The notes below the pieces were generated by a model, which saw nothing but the letters and a program-made list of their open reading frames with translations, had not been told where the DNA came from and searched no databases. The translations under genes and the position numbers were made by a program. Positions 1-10,271 of a stretch of 64,000 nucleotides of DNA are shown piece by piece. The first letter of the stretch is position 1; each line of letters begins with the position of its first letter. This DNA is from Candidatus Altimarinota bacterium (GTDB lineage Bacteria > Patescibacteriota > Gracilibacteria > UBA4473), in assembly GCA_965231215.1 (NCBI GenBank), contig OZ246423.1, positions 256,001-320,000 of the forward strand, in the 5' to 3' direction.

Positions 1-429
1 CAGATAGATGTGGCTAAATATTTGAAAGTGAGCCCTTCTAGTTGTTTTGAAAGCATCCTCCGACTTATAAAAAAAGAGTTAATTACCCAAGATAACAGCA
101 AATGTTTAGCCCTGACCCCAGAGGGGAAAAAAGTACTAGCAGGCATTCAGCAGAACCAATACATTTTTGCTAGTTTTTTCCGTGAAGTGTTAGGCGAGTG
201 CTGCCAGGACTCAAAAAAGATAGCTTCTCAAATTGAACCCATTCTAGATTTAGACACCACTTTAACCATGTGTCGATTCAATAACTTCCTAGAACATATA
301 AAGGGGCGAAAAGTTGATTTTTGGAAAGAGTGGGCAGATTTTTGCCTAGACCCAACAAAAGATGAGCCCTGCTTGGAATGCGCTCACCGCGATCATTGCC
401 TAAAAACCAAAAAGCAAAAACCCGATTAA
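1..429 (+). CDS. DtxR/MntR-family transcriptional regulator, 5'-truncated by the window edge, with a Cys-rich C-terminal tail
   Basis: Frame is open from base 1 (QIDVAKYLKVSPSSCFESILRLIKKELI, winged HTH; ALTPEGKK; FFREVLG dimerisation-like helix). Confidence 0.75.
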   Translation, partial: QIDVAKYLKVSPSSCFESILRLIKKELITQDNSKCLALTPEGKKVLAGIQQNQYIFASFFREVLGECCQDSKKIASQIEPILDLDTTLTMCRFNNFLEHIKGRKVDFWKEWADFCLDPTKDEPCLECAHRDHCLKTKKQKPD

Positions 430-1238
430 TAATTACATAAGACCTCAAATCCAGCAGTGCTGAAAAAAGACGCTACTAGCCTGATTTCTTCTTTAGTGGG
501 GATCGCTATCTCATCAAATTCATAACGCTTTCCAATCTTTTCCCATTTGTCTTTCCCGGCTTTGTGATACGGCAAAATTTCTATTTTCTCAGCGCCAGAT
601 TGTTTGATTAACAGCACTAACTTATCCAGATATTGAGGGGTATTGGTTATCCCCGGTATCAGTACATACCGAATCCAAATTGGTTTTTTTTGAGTTGATA
701 ACCATTCAAGGTTTTCGAGAATAATTTTGTTGCTTACTCCCGTTAAGGCTTGGTGATCTTTATCTTCTAATTGTTTAATACTCACCAAAAAAAGATCCGT
801 ATAGGGGGTTATTTTTTCTAAATTTTGAAAACGACTAAAGAGTGAAGTATCCACCGCCGTGTGAATTTCATTTTTTTGACAGAGTTCAAGACATTTTTTA
901 AGAAAACAAGCTTGAAAAAGTGGCTCTCCACCACTGAAAGTAACTCCCCCACCAGAAGAGGTGAAGTACGACTTATTCCGTAGAATTTTTGTAACTAACT
1001 GTTCTGGAGTCATCCGGGTTCCGGTCTGAGGCACTGTTACATCAACATTATGACAGTATTTGCACCGCATAGGACAACCAGATAAAAACACCACCGTACG
1101 AATTCCTGGGCCGTCAAGTGTTCCCATCGATTCAATAGAATGCACAAAGCCATTTTTACAGCCTCCACAGCCACCACACTTTGAGGTAACTTTTTCTGGT
1201 TTTTTCTGCCGATCTCCACCAAGCATATAAAAAGCCAT
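426..1238 (-). CDS. pflA: Pyruvate formate-lyase activating enzyme (radical SAM)
   Basis: VHSIESMGTLDGPGIR, CPMRCKYCHN, GGVTFSGGEP; directly downstream of pflB. Confidence 0.95.
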   Translation of the reverse strand: MAFYMLGGDRQKKPEKVTSKCGGCGGCKNGFVHSIESMGTLDGPGIRTVVFLSGCPMRCKYCHNVDVTVPQTGTRMTPEQLVTKILRNKSYFTSSGGGVTFSGGEPLFQACFLKKCLELCQKNEIHTAVDTSLFSRFQNLEKITPYTDLFLVSIKQLEDKDHQALTGVSNKIILENLEWLSTQKKPIWIRYVLIPGITNTPQYLDKLVLLIKQSGAEKIEILPYHKAGKDKWEKIGKRYEFDEIAIPTKEEIRLVASFFSTAGFEVLCNY

Positions 1239-1240
1239 CT

Positions 1241-3484
1241 TTAGTGTTTAACGTGAAAGGTACGAGCCAGAACCTCTTCCTGCTGTAACTGATTCAAGCT
1301 AATAAACCGCACCGCATAACCAGATACTCGAATAGTGAGATTGGGATATTCTTCAGGTTTAGCCATAGCCTCACGTAGCATTGCTTCATTCAAGACATTC
1401 ACATTCAAGTGATGCGCCTTTTGACTAAAGTATCCATCCATCAAGGCAGTCAAGTTTTGGACACGCATGAGATTATCTTTTCCGAGCCCTTGGGGCGTAA
1501 TAGAAAAAGTATTAGAAATCCCATCAGTACAACATTCGTATGGCAACTTGGCCACAGAATTAAGCGAAGCTATAGCCCCAAATTTATCACGATTATGCAT
1601 CGGATTAGCTCCTGGTGAAAAAGCCTCCCTCGCTTTGCGACCATCAGGCGTTGCCCCTGTTTTGTGCCCATACATCACATTCGAAGTAATCGTCAGCACT
1701 GACAGCGTATGCTGAGCGTTTCGATAGGCCGGGTACTTTTTTAGAGCTCCATAAAATTTTTGTAAAACTTCGACCGCGATGTCATCTACTCGATCATCAT
1801 CTGACCCATAAGTAGGGAAATCTCCATTTACCTCAAAATCCACCGTTAGTCCTTTTTCGTTTCTGATTGGTTTTACCTGGGCGTGTTTGATGGCCGACAA
1901 ACTATCAACCAAAACGGAAAAACCCGCTACGCCAAAAGCCATGAGTCTCTCCACCTCTGGGTCATGCAATGCCATTTGACTGTTTTCATAATAATACCGA
2001 TCATGCGAATAATGAATAAGATTCATCGTCCCAACGTAACGCTCAGCGACCCAGTCCATAAATTTATATAAAAGATCCTTCACCTCTTCATAGTTCAGAA
2101 TTTGGTCCGTTTTTAGCGCGGGCACATCAGGGATTATACGCTCTCCATCTAATTCATCTTTCCCCTGGTTTAACACGAGGAGGAGCAGCTTAGCGAGGTT
2201 ACAACGGGCCCCAAAATATTGCATCTGCTGTCCTACTTTCATAGCTGAAACACAACAAGCAATAGCATAATCATCTTTAAAATCAGGTCGCATCAAGTCA
2301 TCATTTTCAAATTGTAGCGATGAGGTTTCAATCGAAACCTGACTAACATAATGCTTAAAATTATCCGGTAAGTCTTGCGACCACAGAACCGTCAAATTGG
2401 GCTCTGGAGAAGTACTTAAGTTACTAAGGGTATGTAGAAAACGGAAGGTCGTTTTGGTCACTAACGTTCTCCCATCTATTCCCATGCCGCCCAAAGCCAG
2501 GGTTACCCAGGTTGGATCTCCCGCAAAAATTTCATTGTATTCTGGCAGCCTGAGTTGTTTGACCAAACGAAGTTTGATAACTAAATCATCAATAATCTCT
2601 TGCACCTCTGATTCACTCAAAACTCCATCATGTAAATCTTTCTCAGCATAAATATCTAAAAAGGCATCAAGACGCCCCAAGCTCATCGCGGCTCCATCTT
2701 GTTCTTTTACCGCGGCTAAATAGCTAAAATAAAGCCACTGTACAGCTTCTTTAAAATTTTGTGCTGGCTTCGCTATATCAAAACCATAACTCTGCGCCAC
2801 CATTTTCATGTCCTCCAGGGCTTGTATCTGCCAACCAATTTCTTCTCTCAGCTGTATATTGGAAGTCTCTGGAAACGGTATTTTTTGGTTCAAATACTGC
2901 TGGCGATCTTCTATAAGTCGATCCACTCCATACAAAGCTACCCGCCGATAATCACCAATAATTCGTCCCCGTCCGTAATTATCGGGTAATCCAGTTATCA
3001 GGCCTTTTGAACGCAACATTTTACCCTCAGGAGTATAAAAATCATTCCAGTATTTGTAGAGCCCAAAAACACCATCATTATGGGTAGTAACGTAATTTTC
3101 AAAAGCCGATTTAACCTGTTTATCTAAAGCTTTCCCATAACTTTCACAGGCTCGGTCTACAAGCCGAATCCCCCCTTTTGGTTTAATAGCTCGCTTTAAA
3201 GGGCTATCGGTTTGCAGGCCCATAATAATTTCGTTGTTTTTGTCTATATATCCCGGTCTATGACTGGTAATAGTAGAAGGTATTTCTGAATCAATATCAA
3301 GCACGCCTCCAGCTTTGCGCTCTTGGGATTGCAAGTTTTCGAGTTTGGCATAAAGGGTTTTCGTCCTTGGCGTAGGAGGTGCCAAAAAAACACTATCCCC
3401 TTCGTAGGGGGTGTAATTTTGTTGAATAAAATCCACTACATTTATTTCTTTTTTCCACGTTTCACCAGCAAAATCGTGTTTCAT
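1241..3484 (-). CDS. pflB: Formate C-acetyltransferase (pyruvate formate-lyase)
   Basis: [22 protein letters not shown] catalytic Cys-Cys, [10 protein letters not shown] glycyl-radical motif. Confidence 0.97.
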   Translation of the reverse strand: MKHDFAGETWKKEINVVDFIQQNYTPYEGDSVFLAPPTPRTKTLYAKLENLQSQERKAGGVLDIDSEIPSTITSHRPGYIDKNNEIIMGLQTDSPLKRAIKPKGGIRLVDRACESYGKALDKQVKSAFENYVTTHNDGVFGLYKYWNDFYTPEGKMLRSKGLITGLPDNYGRGRIIGDYRRVALYGVDRLIEDRQQYLNQKIPFPETSNIQLREEIGWQIQALEDMKMVAQSYGFDIAKPAQNFKEAVQWLYFSYLAAVKEQDGAAMSLGRLDAFLDIYAEKDLHDGVLSESEVQEIIDDLVIKLRLVKQLRLPEYNEIFAGDPTWVTLALGGMGIDGRTLVTKTTFRFLHTLSNLSTSPEPNLTVLWSQDLPDNFKHYVSQVSIETSSLQFENDDLMRPDFKDDYAIACCVSAMKVGQQMQYFGARCNLAKLLLLVLNQGKDELDGERIIPDVPALKTDQILNYEEVKDLLYKFMDWVAERYVGTMNLIHYSHDRYYYENSQMALHDPEVERLMAFGVAGFSVLVDSLSAIKHAQVKPIRNEKGLTVDFEVNGDFPTYGSDDDRVDDIAVEVLQKFYGALKKYPAYRNAQHTLSVLTITSNVMYGHKTGATPDGRKAREAFSPGANPMHNRDKFGAIASLNSVAKLPYECCTDGISNTFSITPQGLGKDNLMRVQNLTALMDGYFSQKAHHLNVNVLNEAMLREAMAKPEEYPNLTIRVSGYAVRFISLNQLQQEEVLARTFHVKH

Positions 3485-3552
3485 AAAACTTTATAATGAG
3501 GCCTTTTCAAGGTAGTTAAATTTAAAGTATTTATCAAAATAAGAAGCTTGAA

Positions 3553-3566
3553 TTCGGTATACCTAA
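3553..3566. promoter_or_regulatory. DtxR/MntR-type palindromic operator upstream of pflB
   Basis: ttcggtatacctaa; 13/14 identical to the perfect palindrome ttaggtatacctaa at 34381. Confidence 0.55.
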
Positions 3567-3728
3567 TTTAGAAAAATTCGTGTAGGGAAATTATGCCTTA
3601 AATCTAGGTAAATAAGAAATAAATCATCTCTTCCTTCAAACACAAAAAAGTTTGGTTGGCCTTAGCGGTTTCATGTATGGGCGTGCACGAACTCTGCGAG
3701 TTCGCTTCTTGGCATTACATGCCACAAC

Positions 3729-3767
3729 AAAAAAACTCGCCAACCCTGACGGGCTTGAGAGTTTTTT
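3729..3767 (-). terminator. Rho-independent terminator-like hairpin after tRNA-Gly
   Basis: aaaaaactc...ccc-tgac-ggg...gagtttttt imperfect inverted repeat with A/T tracts. Confidence 0.55.
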
Positions 3768-3769
3768 CG

Positions 3770-3844
3770 TGGAGCGCGTAGCGAGAATCGAACTCGCGTC
3801 TCTGCCTTGGCAAGGCAATATAATAGCCACTATACGATACGCGC
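3770..3844 (-). tRNA. tRNA-Gly(GCC)
   Basis: Reverse complement GCGCGTA...TTGCC-TTGCCAA-GGCAG...GCGAG-TTCGATT-CTCGC-TACGCGC-TCCA forms a cloverleaf with encoded CCA. Confidence 0.95.
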
Positions 3845-3896
3845 AATGTGGCCGAATTCTATTAAAATTGACCTCAAAACTCAAGCCAAAATTCTA

Positions 3897-4424
3897 CTAA
3901 CCTCCGCATTGTTTTGTATCATAAAAAGAAATCGTATCGGTCAGCACAATATCATCAGCATTACCAAGAATGGCATCCGGTCCGGCTGAACGGAAGTTAT
4001 CTTTTCTACAATAATCTACCCCTGAATACTCCCCTTCGTTTTCATCTATAAGATAAACACTTCCCCAAGGATCCCGCATGTCTTCCGACCCCAAATCCAT
4101 ATTGGCCTGGGTGGCAATAAGTTCAAAAGCGGCTTTCATATTTACAATACAGGCATGCCCGTCAGCAAGCGTATTAATTTCCTCTCCAGTTCGGCAACTA
4201 CAATCACTACATCCTTTACTAGTAATATAAAATAATGGCCCATCTCGAAGTGTCCGTGCCATTTTTATAGCTCGGATAAGACTACTAGCCTCAGCCTCAA
4301 CCTTAGCTCTACGAGCCCTGTCAAAATAACTACTCAAAGTATACACCGAGAGCGTGCCCAGAATACCAATAATGACTATGACCACTAATAATTCTACAAG
4401 TGTGAAACCTCTGATTATTTTCAT
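3897..4424 (-). CDS. Type IV pilin / GspG-like prepilin
   Basis: RGFTLVELLVVIVIIGIL prepilin cleavage motif, DPWG..Y, SAGPD, paired Cys. Confidence 0.88.
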   Translation of the reverse strand: MKIIRGFTLVELLVVIVIIGILGTLSVYTLSSYFDRARRAKVEAEASSLIRAIKMARTLRDGPLFYITSKGCSDCSCRTGEEINTLADGHACIVNMKAAFELIATQANMDLGSEDMRDPWGSVYLIDENEGEYSGVDYCRKDNFRSAGPDAILGNADDIVLTDTISFYDTKQCGG

Positions 4425-4489
4425 ACTCTCCGCATTATACGAAAGTTAACGAAGTTATAAAAATTTTTGATTTAATCTACCCAAAAGCG

Positions 4490-7400
4490 TTATTTTTCAG
4501 AAGCTTCATCATTGGCTTCCATATCAGCCTCTACCTCAGCCAGGTCATCATCACTTGGCTCTTCGGTTTCAACTGCAGCTTCTTCGGTGGTCTCAGGCTC
4601 TGGAGGTTGTTCCTCTAGATTTGAAGCAGCCTCCCCATCTTCGGTATGAACCCCTGTGTCATTGTTTTCAACTTCATTCTGGTCCCCTACTTCAGCGTAG
4701 TCTTCAGACTGTTTTAGCAAAGACCGTTCTGTGTTTTCTTCAAAATCATCCATATCGGTAACTACACCTTCTTCTACTTGTCCATCTTTGAGGAGTTCTA
4801 CTTTGAGACAGAGTGATTGAAGTTCTTTCATCAATACATTGAAAGATTCTGGAATAGAAATGAGATCTACTTCTTCGTCTTTTACAATAGATTCATAAGC
4901 TTTGGCTCGGCCATGTACATCATCTGATTTGATGGTAAGCATTTCTTGTAGCGTATGAGCGGCTCCATAAGCTTCTAGAGCCCATACCTCCATCTCTCCG
5001 AAACGTTGACCTCCATTTTGGGCTTTCCCTCCTAAAGGCTGTTGCGTTACCAAAGAGTATGGCCCTACAGAACGAGCATGAATTTTATCTTCTACTAGAT
5101 GGATCAGTTTGAGCATATAGGTGGTTCCCACTACTACTTTGTGATCAAATGGTTCTCCCGTTTTTCCGTCAAAAAGAGTAAATTTACCATCGGTTGGCAT
5201 CTCATTGGCTTTCAAAAAATCTTGAATAGTATTCATTTTAATACCATCTAGAACTGGCGTTGCTACTTTGATTCCCATTTTTGAAGCGGCCATTCCAAGA
5301 TGCGTTTCAAGCACCTGCCCAATATTCATCCGTGATGACACCCCAAGTGGATTGAGAATAATATCTACTGGTGTTCCATCCTCCATATAGGGCATGTCTT
5401 CAGAAGGAACAATTTGTGAGATAACTCCTTTATTTCCATGACGTCCAGCCATTTTATCTCCAGCTTCTAGGTGACGCATTTGAGCCACTTCAACAATAAC
5501 TCGTTTAAGAACTCCTGTTGGTAAGTCATCCCCTTCACTTCGATCTAGAATTTCAACATTGATTACTTTTCCTCCTGAACCCCTAGGCAGGCGAAGCGAG
5601 CTGTCTTTTACATCATGAGCCTTTTCACCAAAGATGGCTCGAAGCAGTCTATCTTCTGCGGTTAGTTCCGTTTCTCCTTTTGGCGTTACTTTCCCCGCCA
5701 AGATGTCTCCAGCTAGAGCGGTGGCCCCAATTCTTACAATACCCCCTTCATCAAGATCTTTCAGTTTTCCAGCGGCCACATTGGGGATATCAGCGGTCAA
5801 CTCTTCTGGCCCCAGTTTCGTATCTCGGACATCCATTTCATATTTTTCAATATGGATAGAATTAAAAAGTCCTTCTCTCACAATCCGATCAGAGACAATC
5901 ACCGCGTCCTCATAGTTGTATCCGCCCCATGACATATAGGCTACTTTAAGGTTGCGTCCTAGAGCTAAATCTCCTTTTTCTACAGAAGCTCCGTCTACAA
6001 GGGTTTCTCCTTTTTTAACTTTGTCTCCAGTGAAAACTCTTGGTCTTTGAGAAATACAGGTAGATTGGTTTGTCCTTTCAAAAGCTTTTACTTCATAGGT
6101 GTATTTTTTACCAGATTTACCCACAAAAGTTACTTCACTACTGTCCGCATATTTTACTTCTCCGTCTTCTGGAGCTCGTGTTACTTCTTCTTCAGAAGTA
6201 ATATGTTCCATTCCTGTTCCAATCACTGGAGATTCAGGACGAACGAGAGGAACCGCTTGTCTCTGCATGTTCGATCCCATCAAGGCACGAGTATTATCAT
6301 CATGCTCTAGGAATGAAATAAGCGAAGTAGAAAGTGATACAATTTGTTTTGGTGACACATCAATATGTGTAATTTCTTCAGCTGAATACGAACCTGGCTC
6401 AAAGTTTTTACGAGCCGAAACATGATTGTTAATAAATTGACCTTTTTCATCTAACTTAGAATTGGCCTGCGCAATACACATATTTCTTTCATGTTCTGCT
6501 GGGTAATAATGGACTTCGTTTGTAATGTAGGGGCGGACTGAAATCTCTTTAAGATCCTTTATTTTAGCTAACGCTTTTACCGTCTTATCATCTAGGACTG
6601 TATCTTTTTTAACGGCCACTTTTTTGCCATCCATAACCTCTGAAAGAACTATATGTCCACTTCCAGATTTACCATCATTTTTAATAGTACTTTTAACAGT
6701 TCGGTAGGGCGTCTCAATAAATCCCATAGGGTTTACGCGGGCATATGAAGCTAAATGAAGCACCAGTCCAATATTCGGCCCTTCAGGCGTTGTTACTGGA
6801 CAAATCCGTCCATAATGAGAAGGATGCACATCCCGCACTTCAAATGAAGCTCGTTCTCTTGAAAGTCCTCCTGGTCCCATCGCCGAAATTCTTCGCTTAT
6901 GTTCTAGGGACGCCAAAGGATTGGTTTGATCCATGAATTGAGAAAGTTGCCCAGAAGCAAAAAATTCTCGCATAGCCGCCGTAATAGGACGACAGTTAAT
7001 CAGCTGGGTAGGCGTTACACTATCCAGTTCTACAATGGTCATTCGGTCTTTTACGATTCGTTCAGTTCGCAGAAGCCCCACTCGGAATTTGTTTTGTACT
7101 AGTTCCCCTACTCCTCGGACACGTCGATTAGAAAGATGATCAATATCATCATCACACACCTCAGTACCATTGTTGTACTTAATAAGCTGTTTGATCATTT
7201 CAATGAAATCTTCAATTCGGAATACTCGTCCTGCTTCATCATCCTTCGTCTTGAGTTCAAAACGTTGATTAATCTTGTACCTAGCAATAGGTCCAAGATC
7301 GTATTTTTTAAAATCAAAGAACATAGATTCCAAAAACGCTTTTGCATTTTCTGGAGTCGCTAAGTCTCCAGGTCGAATTCGTTTATATACTCCTTGCCAG

Positions 7401-8143
7401 GCTTCCTTGGCAGTCGTAGATTCATCTTTGTCAATGGTTTTAAGAATTGGGTTTTCTGTTTCATCCGTAATCACCTCCTTAAATAAATCCAAAATTTCTT
7501 GGTTAGATTCATAGCCAAAAGCTCGTAGGAACATCGTTACTGGGATTTTTCTTTTTCGATCTACCTTCACCCATACAAGCCCCCTTTTATCTGTTTCAGC
7601 CTCAAGCCAAGCCCCTCGTTTAGGAATCATTTTCGAAGTGTAGGTTCCCGTCACGGCTGTATTTGGTCCAAAGAAAATCCCAGGACTTCGTACAATTTGA
7701 GAAACAATAACCCGCTCAATTCCATTAATGATAAATGTTCCCGTTTCGGTGATAAGTGGCACTTGCCCAAAGTACACATCTTGTTCTTTAATCTCTCCAG
7801 ACTCAAGATTGGTCAAAGCCACATGCGCTCGGATCGAAGATTCATAAGTGAGTCCTTTTTTCTTGCAGTATGCAATCTCATGTTTTGGATCTTCTACCTC
7901 ATGAGAAAGAATCTCTAGACGCAGTTTTTTCCCTGTAGCATCTTCAATAGGATTAATTTCATCAAGCAGTTCTTGCACTCCTTCGCGCAGAAACCATTCA
8001 TACGAATTAAGCTGTACTTCAATAAGATCTGGAAACGGAAAATCCTTTCCGGTATCAGCTGTAAAAAAATGACGACCGTTGATCTCACCTTGTGGTTTTA
8101 ATGCGGCTGGGAAACTGGTTTTTTTGGTAGAAACTTTGGGCAT
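4490..8143 (-). CDS. rpoB: DNA-directed RNA polymerase beta subunit, with an acidic C-terminal extension
   Basis: GTFIINGIERVIVSQ, SQFMDQTNP, GDKMAGRHGNKG, GGQRFGEMEVWALEAYG. Confidence 0.99.
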   Translation of the reverse strand: MPKVSTKKTSFPAALKPQGEINGRHFFTADTGKDFPFPDLIEVQLNSYEWFLREGVQELLDEINPIEDATGKKLRLEILSHEVEDPKHEIAYCKKKGLTYESSIRAHVALTNLESGEIKEQDVYFGQVPLITETGTFIINGIERVIVSQIVRSPGIFFGPNTAVTGTYTSKMIPKRGAWLEAETDKRGLVWVKVDRKRKIPVTMFLRAFGYESNQEILDLFKEVITDETENPILKTIDKDESTTAKEAWQGVYKRIRPGDLATPENAKAFLESMFFDFKKYDLGPIARYKINQRFELKTKDDEAGRVFRIEDFIEMIKQLIKYNNGTEVCDDDIDHLSNRRVRGVGELVQNKFRVGLLRTERIVKDRMTIVELDSVTPTQLINCRPITAAMREFFASGQLSQFMDQTNPLASLEHKRRISAMGPGGLSRERASFEVRDVHPSHYGRICPVTTPEGPNIGLVLHLASYARVNPMGFIETPYRTVKSTIKNDGKSGSGHIVLSEVMDGKKVAVKKDTVLDDKTVKALAKIKDLKEISVRPYITNEVHYYPAEHERNMCIAQANSKLDEKGQFINNHVSARKNFEPGSYSAEEITHIDVSPKQIVSLSTSLISFLEHDDNTRALMGSNMQRQAVPLVRPESPVIGTGMEHITSEEEVTRAPEDGEVKYADSSEVTFVGKSGKKYTYEVKAFERTNQSTCISQRPRVFTGDKVKKGETLVDGASVEKGDLALGRNLKVAYMSWGGYNYEDAVIVSDRIVREGLFNSIHIEKYEMDVRDTKLGPEELTADIPNVAAGKLKDLDEGGIVRIGATALAGDILAGKVTPKGETELTAEDRLLRAIFGEKAHDVKDSSLRLPRGSGGKVINVEILDRSEGDDLPTGVLKRVIVEVAQMRHLEAGDKMAGRHGNKGVISQIVPSEDMPYMEDGTPVDIILNPLGVSSRMNIGQVLETHLGMAASKMGIKVATPVLDGIKMNTIQDFLKANEMPTDGKFTLFDGKTGEPFDHKVVVGTTYMLKLIHLVEDKIHARSVGPYSLVTQQPLGGKAQNGGQRFGEMEVWALEAYGAAHTLQEMLTIKSDDVHGRAKAYESIVKDEEVDLISIPESFNVLMKELQSLCLKVELLKDGQVEEGVVTDMDDFEENTERSLLKQSEDYAEVGDQNEVENNDTGVHTEDGEAASNLEEQPPEPETTEEAAVETEEPSDDDLAEVEADMEANDEASEK

Positions 8144-8390
8144 GGATTAAAAAAATTAAATTAAAAGTTATTTAAAAAGCTTAAAAACAAGACCTCCAAG
8201 AAAACCCAAAATCACCACCAAAAAGCGTATGTAGCAATACACAACTGAAGGCCTTTTGAATCTGACGAGAGAGTCCGTAGTTTTTTAGCATTTTAAAAAG
8301 AAATAAGCGACAAGACATACACCTTAAAACAAAGCCTTTGTCCTGCCCCATTCATCACTCATCTAAAAATCTTTGGGGAAATTCTCACGA

Positions 8391-8418
8391 AATATAGTTT
8401 CCTAGTGACTCATGTCAA
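8391..8418 (-). promoter_or_regulatory. Candidate sigma70 promoter for rpoB
   Basis: Minus-strand TTGACA-16 nt-TATATT about 250 nt upstream of the rpoB start. Confidence 0.45.
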
Positions 8419-8502
8419 CCTAAAAGGATCAAAAAAAACGAAGGGCAAGACAAAAGAAAAGCCCCTTAGGTAAACTGGATAGAAAGAGGAGGCAAAAAGC
8501 CT

Positions 8503-9141
8503 CTATTCAGCAAATTGAAAAGTTCCAAGCACCGTCTCTAATCCGTAGTAATTGATATCAAATTGATCTTCTGTAGCCGTATAAGTAACGACATACACTG
8601 TTCCATCTTTAATCGTAATAATTTGAGCTACCTTTAGCTCAGTCTCCTCTTGATCCATTGCGTAAGTAACCATTTTAGCTCTTTGGCCAGCTATTTCACC
8701 GTCCTCTTTTGAGAGCACTTCATAATCATCAAAGAAAGCCTCAAGCTCTGAAACAGATTTTTCAATATACTCATCCAGAGAAATATCTTTATTCGCTTCA
8801 TCTAAATTTTCTAAAACAATATTTACATTTTCTTGAAAATCATCAGCACTGCCAGATAAGGGGGAAAGGAACATCACTAAAGTGCCAAAGTGATTATCTC
8901 TTTTTTCCCAATTATCTGGGTAGTTGAAAGAAATACCTTCGTTGTTATAAGTACCCGCAACACCCGTATTGGTTTCACTTTCATCCAAAGCCTGATCTAT
9001 AGTTTCAGAAAGGTCTTGACTGAATTCTTCCACAGGGGGCCCTGGAAGTGTGTTTTGCTTCTCTTCTGGGGTTTTGGCCCTACAGGCGGATAAAGACAAA
9101 ATCAAAACAAAAGCGAGACCAAAAGTGTATAATTTTTTCAT
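8503..9141 (-). CDS. PsbP/DcrB-like lipoprotein
   Basis: Lipobox LSLSAC after MKKL plus a hydrophobic stretch; GISFNYPDNW and YVVTYTA are PsbP-like motifs. ORF track starts at 9162. Confidence 0.7.
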   Translation of the reverse strand: MKKLYTFGLAFVLILSLSACRAKTPEEKQNTLPGPPVEEFSQDLSETIDQALDESETNTGVAGTYNNEGISFNYPDNWEKRDNHFGTLVMFLSPLSGSADDFQENVNIVLENLDEANKDISLDEYIEKSVSELEAFFDDYEVLSKEDGEIAGQRAKMVTYAMDQEETELKVAQIITIKDGTVYVVTYTATEDQFDINYYGLETVLGTFQFAE

Positions 9142-9353
9142 CAGGCCAATTCTATGCTTCACTCAAAACAAACACAAATTTGATTTCACCATTTGCATTA
9201 ATAAACTTCGTTTAGACTTTTTAATACTTCCCAAAATCTTCACACAAAAACACAGAGCAGAAGCCCCCTTTTGTGTGAAAGAAAAGTAATGATGAAGGAA
9301 CGTGCCATTTTCTTTTAAAAAACAAACCAAACAAAAAAATCGAGTTAAAAAAT

Positions 9354-9443
9354 GGAGAGGTGACAGAGTGGTCGAATGTGCTCGCCTGGAACGCGGGTGT
9401 GGGGGCAACTCCACCGTGGGTTCGAATCCCATCCTCTCCGCCA
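9354..9443 (+). tRNA. tRNA-Ser(GGA)
   Basis: GGAGAGG...CTCGC-CTGGAAC-GCGGG, long variable arm, GTGGG-TTCGAAT-CCCAT-CCTCTCC-GCCA. Confidence 0.95.
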
Positions 9444-9653
9444 GAACATACACTAATGGCACCTGATTCCTTTCCACTCTAGTGGACAGTAATGAGGAGC
9501 TTTTGTGTATTTAAAGAATTTAAACCCTTTCTAGGATTGGTTCTAGTGTTTCAAGGGTAGTAGACCTATAACCATATCTAGAGTGGGCACTAAGGGCGAT
9601 TTCCAAAGAACAAAAAAGGCTCCAAATAAATCACTTGAAGCCTTGTCTTAACA

Positions 9654-9818
9654 TTACCTCTCAGTACCACTATAATCTTCATCTTCCCAATCTTCTTCAT
9701 CCTCATAAGATTGAATTTCAGTCATAATATCTCGAATGCTACGTCCACGTGTACGGAGTGATTTAAAAACGAACTTTGAATTTAAGTCGGAGTCGTTTTT
9801 ATATGTTAGATTTTTCAT
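9654..9818 (-). CDS. Small hypothetical protein (54 aa), basic N-half and acidic tail
   Basis: Hand-translated MKNLTYKNDSDLNSKFVFKSLRTRGRSIRDIMTEIQSYEDEEDWEDEDYSGTER; starts 12 nt after the upstream stop; below the ORF-track cutoff. Confidence 0.5.
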   Translation of the reverse strand: MKNLTYKNDSDLNSKFVFKSLRTRGRSIRDIMTEIQSYEDEEDWEDEDYSGTER

Positions 9819-9830
9819 GATTATTTAAGG

Positions 9831-10265
9831 TTAAAAGCTATGATCTAGCGACTTTTTGTCGATGACATCAAATTTATCGAGTTCTTTATAGTAGATAATA
9901 TAGATCAACAAGTTCGCTAGACTAAAACAGGCATACAAAATATTCACCCACAAGCTTTGGTCATTGATAGCAAAGATAACCTCTATGGCTGGCGCTATAA
10001 TGGCGATTTGCACCAGATATTTAATGCTTAGATTCTGATACTTAAAATAAAACACCATTATTTTGTACGCTTTTAAAAGCACAATGATGTAAGCAATGTT
10101 GTGAATAATGTTATTAAAGTCAGGTTCAAAGCTAGTCAACAAAAGGTTGAGTCCCATTCTAACGCTGTAAATTATCAACGCTAAAATTGTGATCATAATA
10201 ACTATCGTAAACACAAAATCGGTGTACTTCGTGATTTGTTCGATTCTGGCTTTAATATTTTTCAT
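9831..10265 (-). CDS. PsiE-like 4-TM membrane protein
   Basis: Four hydrophobic segments; IIVLLKAYKIMVFYF...IAIIA resembles the PsiE family. Confidence 0.5.
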   Translation of the reverse strand: MKNIKARIEQITKYTDFVFTIVIMITILALIIYSVRMGLNLLLTSFEPDFNNIIHNIAYIIVLLKAYKIMVFYFKYQNLSIKYLVQIAIIAPAIEVIFAINDQSLWVNILYACFSLANLLIYIIYYKELDKFDVIDKKSLDHSF

Positions 10266-10271
10266 ATTTTT

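Noticed and set aside
3636-3989. Short ORFs around tRNA-Gly (also 9050-9477 around tRNA-Ser)
   Set aside because: They overlap tRNA genes and hairpins and show no protein-like features.
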